Positions 1 through 10,658 of a DNA stretch of 64,000 nt are shown piece by piece. The notes below the pieces were generated by a model. It had not been told where the DNA came from. It saw only the letters and a program-made list of their open reading frames with translations, and ran no database searches. The DNA is from Perkinsela sp. CCAP 1560/9 (Eukaryota; Protista; Euglenozoa: Kinetoplastea). Within the stretch, counting starts at the first letter, position 1. Every line of letters begins with the position of its first letter. Location: positions 682,001-746,000 of the forward strand of contig CBFFSA010000001.1 of the NCBI GenBank assembly GCA_965644495.1. Reading direction: 5' to 3'. The position numbers and the translations under genes are program-made.

Positions 1-190
1 GTGTGCACGGCTCGGAAAGCTTTCGAGGGCGTCCACCCTGCATCCTGAGAGTATCAGGCCTTTCTTTCTTTAATATCATAGAAATTGTTGAGATACTTAA
101 ATTTACAGTATCAGAGATGGACCTCATAGACACACCGCTGTCGTAGAGCTCTGCAATTTGTTTCCTTACGTAACGTGGTGTGGGCCTCAT
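1..190 (-). CDS. Tc1/mariner-like transposase, N-terminal HTH part (runs off window start)
   Basis: Manual translation from ATG at 190: MRPTPRYVRKQIAELYDSGVSMRSISDTVNLSISTISMILKKERPDTLRMQGGRPRKLS = paired-like HTH followed by the GRPR linker typical of Tc1 transposases. Confidence 0.75.
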   Translation of the reverse strand, partial: MRPTPRYVRKQIAELYDSGVSMRSISDTVNLSISTISMILKKERPDTLRMQGGRPRKLSEPCT

Positions 191-1305
191 ATAGAGTGCA
201 AAATGTAACAGTGTAAGATAAACAATGTAATAGTGTAAGATAAACTCTATAACCTAAAATTCTTCTTACCTAAAATTCTTATTTTCTATGAGGCCCACAC
301 CACGCTGAGTTCTGGCGGATGACTCAGTGTACTAGCTTTCTACGACGTTGTTTTCACAAGATACCCCTTCTTGAAGCCGTGACACGTCTCCCAAAATGAC
401 GCCCCCAAAAGTAGGTGTCCTGGCAAAACCTGGCAAAACCCGGCAAAAATTAACAGGTTTCAACCCTCTTAATTGTCACCGCTTTTTGGAGAAAAGGGGC
501 AAATAACTAGGGGGGTTGGATGTGTGACGAAAAACTAGGGGGGGGCGTTCGGTAGATGACAAATAACTAGGGGGTTGGTGTCGTTGGGCGCGATCAAAAT
601 ATAAACATTTTGGGTGCAGACAAAATACTTTCTTTGGACCAGTTTTCTGAATAATACCCTCGTTTCCTCTTGTACATTCGAAAAATAGAGAGCCTAACTG
701 CGCAGTCCCTTTCAAAACTTTGTGTATTCAATCCTTCTGCGACGTACGAAGAGTGACTCATTTCCCTTGTGTGGTATACCTGGTGGGTATACCTTGAGAC
801 TTCCCCTTGAGGACCACTGGGTGTGGCTCTGCCTCGTCTTATCGCGAGGCAGCGGTCGGTTGCAGTGCGCCCGTCCGGCTCCATAAAGAGAGGCGAGTTG
901 CCTGGACCTCTCTACCGACAGAGTCCATGGGACAAAAAGCCGTGGGACGAGGGATGTATGTTACTGTAAGTGTTGCGGGCCAGAAGAACATACCCCCCGG
1001 TATGTTATCCAATGTATAGGTATGTTAACCGGGAATGTGGTTTATTATAGAAAAAATAATAGGAAAAATATTCTGCAATATTTGGGTTCGAGACCCGATC
1101 CTCGACGCTACTCTAGAAGGGGGCATCTTTTTTGCAAATGTTTATTCTTCGAAATTCAGCCCAGGGAAGTAATAGACTGTTGCTGCGACGATTTTCCGCT
1201 CATCCAAGGAGAGGCTTTAATGTGCTATGGGATCACACGTCCGCTTCTGGTGAGGTTCAATAGTTCCGGAGTAGCCCCCATATCCGACAAATACCACCCT
1301 CCATA

Positions 1306-2883
1306 CAGTGATGGGCAACGATATGTACCCCCCCCTACAGGTCTTGTATTTTGTCCGGTTTTGGAGATATTTGGTGTACCACCGTTTTTCGACCCAATCG
1401 TTCCGAATCCGAGGTCCTTTTCACTCGTGGAAAGCTGGTTCATATCGAAACCTCGAAAAAATGAGGAAAAAAACATGATTTTTCCAGAACACCCATATTG
1501 GGTCATTTTTTTTCTTTTTTTCGCTTTTAGATGACGAAACGACATCGTCCCGCGTGTCTTCCTTCACAACGCGTACGTCGTGAGATGCGCACGGCTTTAA
1601 TAGTCGATTATCAGCGTCTAAAGACATACAAAGCGGTCGCTAGGCTACATAAACTTAGCCCACGGACGGTAAGATACTGGGTTACCCACTTTGAAAACAG
1701 AGGTCACGTCGAAACCCCTCCGAGAAAAAGTAGAAACCCTAAGCTTACCATTAGATACCGTAAAGCTTGCGTTGCTACATGCAAGCTAATAGAAAAAGAC
1801 ACTGATGAGGGGTGTCCTACCTTTACGGAGATACACCGACAGGTGTCTCAATCTCACAGTGTATCTTTGAGAACCATGCGACGAGCCCTTTTTCTAGAGG
1901 GCCATGGACGCCTGCGCAAGGCTAAAAACCTTGGTCTTACTCGACGCCACATCCAACTGCGTCTTGAATATGTAAACAACATGCTCATGTGGAGCGACGC
2001 CGATTACCTGAACATTGTTTTTACGGATGAAAAATTATTCAATTGCGCCGTGAGTTCAACGAACGACTTTTACGTCGGTCGCATAAAAGCTCCACGCCTA
2101 AGGCAATCTGACCGCCGCAGAAAGCCTTTCGGTGGAAAGGGTATCATGGTGTGGATGGGCTATAGTTATAACTATGGCCTCTTCTACCATGTGTACAATG
2201 GTGCAGGTGGTGCATCAATTGACGCTGCAGCCATCTTGGGGGCGTACGAGGAGAGTGGTTTCGTTAATTTTTTTCGCACTCATCGTCGTGCCATCCTTCA
2301 AATGGATAATGCCCCTACCCACTCTACCGTAAAGAAAAAGTATGAAAGACGCCGTCTAGACTTCCCCCCGTTATCACCCGATCTTAACCGGTCGAAACCG
2401 TGTGGGCGAATATGGATCGGTACATTAAGGACGTTTTGAAACCTAGAAATCAAACCCAACTCAGGGAATCAATCCGAGAAACTTTTTCTTTCTTCCAACG
2501 TGATTCAGAAAAATTGCTCAAAAATATTTTTAGAAACTATCGAAAGCGTCTTTTGGCTGTTAAGAAGGCGAAGGGTCACTTAACGAAATACTAACGATCA
2601 ACTTCCTGTTTGTTTCCATCCGTTATACGTGGTATTCAAGTCTCAATTTTACGAAAAATATCCAAAAAATTATCTCAAAATTCGTGTTCACGTACATTTT
2701 GGCCCCTACCTGGCTAGGGGGGGTAGGGGGTCGCTCGAGTGAAAAGGACCTCGGATTCGGAACGATTGGGTCGAAAAACGGTGGTATACCAAATATCTCC
2801 AAAATCGGACAAAATACAAGACCTGTAGGGGGGAGGTACATATCGCTGCCCTAACGGGTACATATCGTTGCCCTAACGGGGTG
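1306..2883 (+). mobile_element. Tc1-like DNA transposon with ~115-bp TIRs, TA-flanked
   Basis: TA|CAGTG start at 1304-1310; inverted repeat 1313-1427 vs 2736-2851 nearly identical; 22-bp tandem duplication at right end (2835-2878); ends GTG|TA. Confidence 0.85.
1531..2594 (+). pseudogene. Tc1-like transposase, frameshifted near 2389
   Basis: HTH N-terminus, IVFTDEK, MVWMG, LQMDNAPTH, FPPLSPDLN then a 1-nt loss; restoring it gives PDLNPVETVWANM...KAKGHLTKY (ORF 2400..2594). Confidence 0.85.
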
Positions 2884-2904
2884 TATTTTTACAACTGCAA
2901 ATGA

Positions 2905-3609
2905 TCATGTTGTGAATAATTCGATATTACTGATTACGATTGGCAGCTCAGCAATCGCCACTCTAGGCACGTAGCCCTCGTTGCGTGGAGAAATTACGCT
3001 CAGCAGCACAACCGAAGTATTTATCGGCTGAAGACCTGTAAATTCGAGCATATTCGTCACGTGTTCGCTCTGTTGATCAACAGAATCTCTCTTCCATATC
3101 AGGCCTATTTCCCCGAAGTCACGACAAAATTTTAACTGCTGAGATACAGAAAAATTATGCACTACACCGCATATTGCAGCATACTCTTTTCTACGCTCAG
3201 CTACTCCGGAGAGCAATGGTACCATCTTTTCTCCGTTCCGTGTGTAGAAAACATTTTCAAACGAATTATGGACGGAAAGACACATCTCTGTTTCAAACGC
3301 GCTCAGAAGCAGAGATAGAAAAGGATCCTTGATTATATTTAGGTGTTTCAGCTTTTCTGAAAAAACTTCGACGAATGTTTCTGGAAATGCCGATGAATAC
3401 GAATTTGGCAAGGAATTTGAATTCATTGTTATTAATGCACGTATTATTAGAATATGAAATCTTAAATTGTGAGCAAAGAAGAAATAAAATCTACTTTGCT
3501 CTAATATGGCTTTATCCTCACAATGCTTTTTACATGTTGTACATGTATTGCTGTACTCCACAAAATAGGTCCAAAGGAGGGATTCAACTGGAAGATACTT
3601 CAATGACAT
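2905..3609 (-). CDS. hypothetical protein (start uncertain)
   Basis: 234-aa ORF co-oriented with the gene cluster; no recognisable motif. Confidence 0.45.
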   Translation of the reverse strand: MSLKYLPVESLLWTYFVEYSNTCTTCKKHCEDKAILEQSRFYFFFAHNLRFHILIIRALITMNSNSLPNSYSSAFPETFVEVFSEKLKHLNIIKDPFLSLLLSAFETEMCLSVHNSFENVFYTRNGEKMVPLLSGVAERRKEYAAICGVVHNFSVSQQLKFCRDFGEIGLIWKRDSVDQQSEHVTNMLEFTGLQPINTSVVLLSVISPRNEGYVPRVAIAELPIVISNIELFTT

Positions 3610-3654
3610 CCGTACATGATCTTCGCGACGCGGACGTTATAGTTGCTCCGGTCA

Positions 3655-4788
3655 TTAGCCATCCGCGGAGCAATTCCGCGAATCCGTTCTGACTAGCTTC
3701 GTCGGAACGAATTTTAACGGAGAACAATTGTCTGTCCTGCAAAACTTCTGAAACACATCATTTGACAGATTATTTCCGTTTATATGGATTATCGTTCCTT
3801 TTTCTAGCATTTGTAGTTTCTTCATCTTCGCTGCAAGCTTATACCCCATTGGATCAGTCATTCCTATGCAACTAAGGTCCAATATACGCAAATGAGAAAA
3901 GAAATGCAGATTCGGTACCATGATTTCAAGCATACTTTGATCGCCAAGATCGTTTCCTCCAAGGTCAAGAGAGCGCAAGGAATAGCACTGATACACCCCT
4001 TTTGCAAGAACGGTCATGCCTGATACTTGAATACGATTTACACTCAGGTTTAATTCAGAAAGTTGGCATGCGGGTGAACCCAAATATGCAGCAAGGGATA
4101 CGCAAGCGTCATTTCCAAAGTGGCAGTCACCCAAACTAAGTAGGCGCAGCGGCGTTGATTGACGTGACAAGCATTCACAAAGTATTCGTACGCCTTCATT
4201 ACCAATCGGATTGTAGTCTAGAGTGAGCTCTTCGATAGTTTGCGGAATGCTTCTTAAAATTTTCGACAAAGATACGAGACCTTTCGCGGTTATAAAATTT
4301 GTAACAAGGTTAAGACTCACCAGATTAGGGAGTATGTTTTCCTCGAGGACCAAGAGTCCTTCGTCGCCAATCATATTTTCGTTCAGAGACAACTTTTGAA
4401 GAGATTTGCGGCAGTGTTGCGCTAGCATAGAAAATAAAATACGAGCTCCCCTAGGTAATAACTTATTATCACGTATATCGAGCTCTCGCAAATTTGGAAG
4501 TAAAGCCAACCATTGGGGGAGTATATCTCGCGCTTGATCCGGACCCCATCGATTTCCCCCAATGTCAAGAACTAAAACATTCTCCATCAACTTACGTCTG
4601 TCTCCAAGCAAGTTTACGTGGGTCGAACAGTGTTCAGGTTGCATGCAACTTGTATAGCTCAGACACAACGATATAGGCTGTCCGCTTAGAGTCTTTTCGT
4701 ATTCATCGCAGTCAAAGGTGGAAGGATCTGACGATAAAAAAGACTCACCTATTTCTAACATCGGCGACAGTTGCAGGTTTTGCGTCAT
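3655..4788 (-). CDS. Leucine-rich repeat protein, RNI/NLRC3-like 28-aa repeats
   Basis: Repeats LQKLSLNENMIGDEG, IEELTLDYNPIGNEG, LRSLDLGGNDLGDQS. Confidence 0.85.
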   Translation of the reverse strand: MTQNLQLSPMLEIGESFLSSDPSTFDCDEYEKTLSGQPISLCLSYTSCMQPEHCSTHVNLLGDRRKLMENVLVLDIGGNRWGPDQARDILPQWLALLPNLRELDIRDNKLLPRGARILFSMLAQHCRKSLQKLSLNENMIGDEGLLVLEENILPNLVSLNLVTNFITAKGLVSLSKILRSIPQTIEELTLDYNPIGNEGVRILCECLSRQSTPLRLLSLGDCHFGNDACVSLAAYLGSPACQLSELNLSVNRIQVSGMTVLAKGVYQCYSLRSLDLGGNDLGDQSMLEIMVPNLHFFSHLRILDLSCIGMTDPMGYKLAAKMKKLQMLEKGTIIHINGNNLSNDVFQKFCRTDNCSPLKFVPTKLVRTDSRNCSADG

Positions 4789-5192
4789 GCATATACATGT
4801 ATGGGTAAACTTAGTGAATCGTTGTGCAAGATATCAGGACAATATAATCACTCATTTTAGTGTCCGCGTTCGAGACTAATATTACTCAAAGTGTCATGTA
4901 ATGTAAAAAGGCAGCGCATCTGCATCCTACGAATAAGTCTTCCTGCTATGTGACGTTCATTTCTGAACCACTTTCCATATCATGCTACTTGCCAAATTTC
5001 ATTGTGTATTGAAAATAGTCATGGCATTGCAATGGTCTGTCATGAGCCTTCACAACGAATCACAAACAACAAAATTCTAACTCAGTGTACATTTTGCAAA
5101 TATTTTTCACTTTTAACCGTCTCAAAGTGCGATTGAACATACTTGTGAAAAAACAAATATCATGCTTTTGTTGTATCCAGCGGCACTTTCCA

Positions 5193-6680
5193 TTACGCAA
5201 AGAAGAGGTCGATCTCGCGCAGCATGATTTGAAGCTCATAGGCAAACGTGGACAGCGGTCCATCCTCTCCAATCATCGGCGGAAGGTTTCCAATCCACCG
5301 AAACGGGTTCACCAGACTGAGCTTCACCCGCTCCTCAAAGCCATCCCCAAACCTCTCCTCCTTCACCCGTATCGCGGCCACAAACTGCGCATACATCCGG
5401 CTCGTACAAACATACGATATGAAATTCGGATCCTCCATGGCCTGCCGCTTCATCTCCGCCGCACTCATACCAAAAATCTTACTCGCGTGCTCATCAAACA
5501 CCGTAACCCAGTTTTGACTTGTCCCATCACTAATCATCAGCGCCACCAAATACCGTGGCTCCGAGACACTGTACGTCTTGTCACACTTCTCACACCGCAG
5601 TGCCGTCTCCATCCCCACCGGAATCAGCTTCTTGTGACACGTCGGGCACGCGTCGTACATTAAGCTATCCGCCTTAATGTGCGTAATCGTGGCCCGCACG
5701 TGGATGTAGTCCGGTTTCTCCCCCCTCCCCAGCCCCAGCCGGGGGATCTCCTCGAGCGTGTTGCGGTACTGCACCGGCCCACGCGAGCTCGAGGTGCCGT
5801 CGGAGAGCGACAGGTTGGGGACCTGGATGACACCGTCACAGCTGCGGAACCACTGCCGGAGGGTCTGGATGTGGGACTCCGGGGGGGAGCGCTCGAGGGT
5901 GGAGCTGTGGCCGAGGGAGAGGGTGAGCTCCCCGTTGAACTCCGAGAGCCGGGCGGACTTGATCCCGATGACCGCACCGACGGGGAGATCCCAGTTGGTG
6001 GCGAGAATGTCCCAGACGACGACGTCGATTTGAGCGGTCTGGTCCGCCAGGGAGATGTTGCGTTTGATCAGGGATTGGCCGATTTTGGTGGTAATGGTTT
6101 GGGGGTTTTGAATCGCGGTGATGAGACCGATGACGTCAAGGGTGCTGCCTTTTTCTTTGCCTTTCAAGGAGCCGATGGGGACGAAGTTGAACACTTTGAG
6201 GGGGAGAACCTTGTTGAGTGCATCTGACGCACGGACGGAGGTGATTTCAGTGTCTTTGTCAAAGGAGAGCTCGTACTCACAATTGACTGCGGAAAATTTT
6301 TTGTTTGCTGTCTTAATTTGACCTTTCGAAAAGGTGTACACATTGCCCTCCACCAGGGTTTCGTAAAACTTGTCCACACCCTCTTGAAACACTGTCGCAC
6401 GTATCGGCCCACTTTGGTCGACTAGGGTCATGGAGAAGAGCTTTCCCTGGCTGCGGGCATTGGACCACGTTCGGACAGGGGACTTATCTGTGACACGAGC
6501 TTTGATGACCCATCGGCCGCCAATGTAGGGAGAAAGTGATTCAATGGGTTGTATGTTCATGCTGTCTCCACCTGACGCGGTGGGATTCACACCAGCCTTT
6601 TTATTGGGGCAGTTGATGGGAGTGTGACCTGTTTGGCGACAGAACATACACGTACCCGCGGATGAGCCCTGGTACTGCAT
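5193..6680 (-). CDS. RPA1: Replication protein A large subunit (no 70N domain; N-terminal CCHC knuckle)
   Basis: PIESLSPY..WVIKARVTDKS..WSNARSQGKLFS (DBD-A), DVIG (DBD-B), C4 zinc finger YDACPTCHKK..CEKCDK in DBD-C. Confidence 0.95.
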   Translation of the reverse strand: MQYQGSSAGTCMFCRQTGHTPINCPNKKAGVNPTASGGDSMNIQPIESLSPYIGGRWVIKARVTDKSPVRTWSNARSQGKLFSMTLVDQSGPIRATVFQEGVDKFYETLVEGNVYTFSKGQIKTANKKFSAVNCEYELSFDKDTEITSVRASDALNKVLPLKVFNFVPIGSLKGKEKGSTLDVIGLITAIQNPQTITTKIGQSLIKRNISLADQTAQIDVVVWDILATNWDLPVGAVIGIKSARLSEFNGELTLSLGHSSTLERSPPESHIQTLRQWFRSCDGVIQVPNLSLSDGTSSSRGPVQYRNTLEEIPRLGLGRGEKPDYIHVRATITHIKADSLMYDACPTCHKKLIPVGMETALRCEKCDKTYSVSEPRYLVALMISDGTSQNWVTVFDEHASKIFGMSAAEMKRQAMEDPNFISYVCTSRMYAQFVAAIRVKEERFGDGFEERVKLSLVNPFRWIGNLPPMIGEDGPLSTFAYELQIMLREIDLFFA

Positions 6681-7064
6681 GTTGCGAGGAATCTAAATGT
6701 GTAAAGATAAGACTACAATCAAAAAAAAGCTTTTTCGTAATATGAAAATGTATTCGTAGTTGTACTGGTGTTTCACAATAAATGAATCGTGAATAAACGG
6801 GTAATCACTATAAATCATACCAAACATAAAACAATGGTCTGCGACTAATTAATAATGAAAACGTTGAAAGTAAATAATGAAAACTTTGAAACGTAAACAA
6901 TGTAAACATTGAATTACAAGGATATGGCAAGACATAGATATGCAAGTAAAAAATAGTTGCTAATTGGAATCCAAGCAAGAGATAGTGATCGATTTTTGAA
7001 CTGAATAACATAATTATTGCACGAGCAAATACCCTCCACTTCGAAAGCGGGTGTCCATCTGGTA

Positions 7065-9638
7065 TTAAAAATACTTCGCTCTGATGCTCCTCAGAGCATC
7101 GAAAATTATACTGCTTTCATGATTTCCATTAAGTACACCATGGATTTCCTGCAACACTTCCCGTTGTACTGTTTCTGGTCTTCCTTTCATAGAATCGCAT
7201 GATTGAGGAATGTTAGAGGATGCTTGTTCCCCACGGAGATCACGCTCTTCTTTCTGTGTTAGAAGAGTTCTGGCTTCGGTAAGAACCTCTTCTGGAAAGC
7301 CTAGCGTGGCTGCCAGATCAAGTCCATAGTGTGATTTTGGGCATGATCCATCGACGAGTACATGAGTAAACCGTAATCCATTTGGGGTTGCATGTACAAC
7401 GAAGTGTTGTACTTGTACTTGATAATACAAATTGGCGAGTGATACGAGCTCGGTGTAATGTGTAGTCATAAGTGATAAAACTCGCTGTTCTGCAAGATAG
7501 GATGCAATAGCGAACGCTATGGCACCACCGTCGTGATGGTTCGTACTGCGCCCCACTTCATCAATAAGCACTAAACTAGATTGTGTGCTGCACTGCAGGA
7601 TATGTGCAATCTCTATCATTTCTTGCGCAAATGTGCTTGCATCGTTTTCAATACTATCATCACACCCCATGCGGGAGCAAATCCTGTCTGAATTCGGAAT
7701 AACTGCCTCTTCCGCGGGTAACATGCTTCCAATACAAGCGAGAACACAGAGCTGCCCTGCTTGCTGCAAGTAACATGTCTTTCCTGACATGTTCGCTCCG
7801 CAAATTAATGAAAATGATTTGTCGGCCAAAGACAAATTCACATCGTTGTATTGCACCTCTCTTCTGTTCATGGCGCCTATATGGGATACCATTGTGGGAG
7901 ATTTTCCTTTGCGAATTCGAAGCTCTTGTTTTTCAAATTGGGGACGGCATACAAGGATCCCCCAACCAACAGCAGCTTGAGCGAGTGAACAAAGAAAGTC
8001 GAGAAGTGAAAGAGCGTCTATCACTTTAAAAAGTATGGAGCTGTTTGCTCGTATTTCCTTGCTTATGTCTTCAGCAATCAAATCTGCAGCATTCACTATT
8101 TTCCGTGTAAGATTGTCACTGTACAGATTGTGCGACATCATCTCTCTCGTAGTACATGATATTCTTTTCTTCCTTCTGTGCTGTCGAAGAAAAACGTGAT
8201 CTGGCACTCTTGCGGCATCTAAAACTTCCAAAGACCAATGAAAACCATCATTTTGAGCGTGCGCTACTCGTAGGCTTGGTATTGAATACTTTTCCTGTAA
8301 ACGAGAGCACTCTTCAAGCATGCGAGTCATCACTACAGAAAATTCACGCCGTGCGTCATCCAATTCAGGATTCAAATTTTCACGTAAACAGAAGTAATTT
8401 TGAGCGCATCGAAACGTGCCGGATCCTTCCTCAGAGAACACGTTGTCCGTTTCAGATAATGTAGGTTCAAAAAAGTCGTCAAGTTTTTGGGAAAATTCTC
8501 GTAGATGTGTTGAATCGCAGGCTTGTCGTATATTGCTTAAAAGCTCATTCGCATCTACAGCACTAAGTAAGACTTTGCTAACCCGTTCTACAAGCATCAT
8601 CGACTTTCGAATTGCGTTGGTCCTGCCAAGTTTCTGTGATGTATACTTCCGGTCTGTATTCGTTGGTTGTAAAGTAAAGAACGCAACAAGGCGATCGAGA
8701 TCTTGCACATTATTCAGAATCGATACGACCTCGTTTCGCACAGCCTGTGTGTGCATCAAATATTGCACCGCTCCGGTGCGCAGCTCTAAGGTTCGAATGT
8801 CTACTATAGGTTGAACAATCGACGCATACAAAAATCTCCTGCCCATCTGTGTTCTTGTGTGATCGATAGCATCCGCAAGACATATCTCATCGGGATCTAC
8901 CGCAAGCTCATTGCTTTGCGAAAAGTTCTGCTTAGAGCGCGGACCAACGGAACGATTGCTAGTCGAAGTTTCTGCAATATTCGTGCGACGTTGGGGTAAT
9001 AACTGCAGAGCTTGCATTGTGCTGCGACTAAGCTCCATGTATTTCTCACGCCGATGATACTCAACACGCAACGTACCCGGAATAAATCGTATCTTGTGTA
9101 GCTCCGTAAGATAGCGCAACACAGCGGCTAGTGAAGCAAGGCACAAATATTTGTCCTTTGCATCGATATACACAGAGCTCTCAGGGGAGAGATAACACAG
9201 ACCGTCCGAGTCGCTAAATAACTTTCTAGCCACGGCAACAAATTCGACATCATGAAACCACACTCTCAAAGTGGTCAAGAAAGAACTCTCCACGCATGTC
9301 GAAGGTATAAGAATTTCTTGCACGGAGCATGCAGACAGCTGTTGCAGAGTTCCTGAGAATGAGGAGTCGTCCAGCATCTGTGTGATGACAAAATGCATAG
9401 TGCGTGTGTAGCATTTCGCCAAGCCTACTTCTCGTGCACGATTATAAATGAGTCCCACAACGCACGGGTCTTCGTTAATGTGTTTTTGAATTTCTACCAG
9501 TGGGGTGATCACGGAGGCATGTGTTCGCGGAGATGTAAGCAGTCCACTTTCATCAAGAACAGTTTTAATGCCGAAGTTCGTCGTATCCGAACGCGAGGAA
9601 GAAACGTTTCGATCTGAAAATATTGGATCATAGCCCAT
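7065..9638 (-). CDS. MSH4: MutS homolog 4 (meiosis-specific MutS-gamma)
   Basis: No mismatch-binding domain I; AREVGLA, Walker A GANMSGKT, ENDASTFAQEMIEIAHIL, Walker B LIDEVGRST, HYGL; first ATG at 9638 (track start is GTG). Confidence 0.85.
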   Translation of the reverse strand: MGYDPIFSDRNVSSSRSDTTNFGIKTVLDESGLLTSPRTHASVITPLVEIQKHINEDPCVVGLIYNRAREVGLAKCYTRTMHFVITQMLDDSSFSGTLQQLSACSVQEILIPSTCVESSFLTTLRVWFHDVEFVAVARKLFSDSDGLCYLSPESSVYIDAKDKYLCLASLAAVLRYLTELHKIRFIPGTLRVEYHRREKYMELSRSTMQALQLLPQRRTNIAETSTSNRSVGPRSKQNFSQSNELAVDPDEICLADAIDHTRTQMGRRFLYASIVQPIVDIRTLELRTGAVQYLMHTQAVRNEVVSILNNVQDLDRLVAFFTLQPTNTDRKYTSQKLGRTNAIRKSMMLVERVSKVLLSAVDANELLSNIRQACDSTHLREFSQKLDDFFEPTLSETDNVFSEEGSGTFRCAQNYFCLRENLNPELDDARREFSVVMTRMLEECSRLQEKYSIPSLRVAHAQNDGFHWSLEVLDAARVPDHVFLRQHRRKKRISCTTREMMSHNLYSDNLTRKIVNAADLIAEDISKEIRANSSILFKVIDALSLLDFLCSLAQAAVGWGILVCRPQFEKQELRIRKGKSPTMVSHIGAMNRREVQYNDVNLSLADKSFSLICGANMSGKTCYLQQAGQLCVLACIGSMLPAEEAVIPNSDRICSRMGCDDSIENDASTFAQEMIEIAHILQCSTQSSLVLIDEVGRSTNHHDGGAIAFAIASYLAEQRVLSLMTTHYTELVSLANLYYQVQVQHFVVHATPNGLRFTHVLVDGSCPKSHYGLDLAATLGFPEEVLTEARTLLTQKEERDLRGEQASSNIPQSCDSMKGRPETVQREVLQEIHGVLNGNHESSIIFDALRSIRAKYF

Positions 9639-9902
9639 TTCACAATTTTCCACGGAAATGAATAACTAAAGAATAACTAAATGACACTATACCAATGACA
9701 AAGGCACACAAGATCGTCCATAATCCTTTCGATGACTGTATTATCCCCATTTATGGCATTTTACAAAGACTCATCATTTTTTTCTCAGAAATATAAGAAT
9801 ATCGGTTTTACTGCGATACGTAGTGCACGTCTTTACTGTAAAGAGAAAATCAATTTTTTGAAGCGGGAGATTCTTTTTGCTGACCTATTGGTTAGAATTG
9901 GT

Positions 9903-10658
9903 TCAAGGGTACAGAAGATCGTAATGTCCAGGACGATATAGTAAATTGAGGACCGTTGGCACGCCCTCAGGAACAACGTAGCTGTTAAGTGTGGGGGAAT
10001 TGTCTGCATAAACAATACGGATGCCGACTCCGATGCTTTTGCAAAGAGCAAGTATTTGAACATGATCAAAATCGCGTCCCGGAATATTTACTTCATTCTG
10101 GCAAAATACGTCCATTGTAATTTCTTCCGGAAGGAACACTTCATAATTTTGAGTGTGGGTCAACAAATATTCTGATGTCAGATATCTGAAAAACTGTACT
10201 ATGTAATTTCCTACAGAAGATCGAAAAAAGTGCTCAAGAGTGGATACGCTTTCTTCTTCACGTGCTATACGACTAAATAAATTATAAGTCGCTTCATAGA
10301 AGTCGAGAAAATATTCGCCATGCCTTGCAAGTATTGAATCTCGCACATTTTCAATATTCTGAACTACATGTAAGGCCAAACTCTTTGACTTGGGCGCATT
10401 CAGTATCTGATATTCTGCCAGGCCGAAAGCAAAACATCGGGGAAAGCAATCTCCATCCCCACGAATCGGCCGCCATTTTGCATAGCTGTTTCTCAAACTC
10501 TTTACATTTTTGCTCACGAAATTTTCACTTGTGTATTCGATCTCTAGTGATTCAAGCGATTGCAGATCGCCCACAGGTTCCCGTTTGCTAAATTCGTTAT
10601 ACAGAGCTTCATTTTCCGATAGTTGTGTCGTTTGTTCATCACTGTTTTCCTCCTTCAT
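9903..10658 (-). CDS. Otubain-like deubiquitinase (peptidase C65)
   Basis: RPIRGDGDCFPRCF catalytic Cys motif, DHVQILALC, LLYRPGHYDLLY; first ATG at 10658. Confidence 0.9.
   Translation of the reverse strand: MKEENSDEQTTQLSENEALYNEFSKREPVGDLQSLESLEIEYTSENFVSKNVKSLRNSYAKWRPIRGDGDCFPRCFAFGLAEYQILNAPKSKSLALHVVQNIENVRDSILARHGEYFLDFYEATYNLFSRIAREEESVSTLEHFFRSSVGNYIVQFFRYLTSEYLLTHTQNYEVFLPEEITMDVFCQNEVNIPGRDFDHVQILALCKSIGVGIRIVYADNSPTLNSYVVPEGVPTVLNLLYRPGHYDLLYP

Noticed and set aside
1022-1545. 170-aa and 106-aa ORFs, similar to ORF 2623..2841
   Set aside because: The similarity arises from translating the two TIRs; these are not genes
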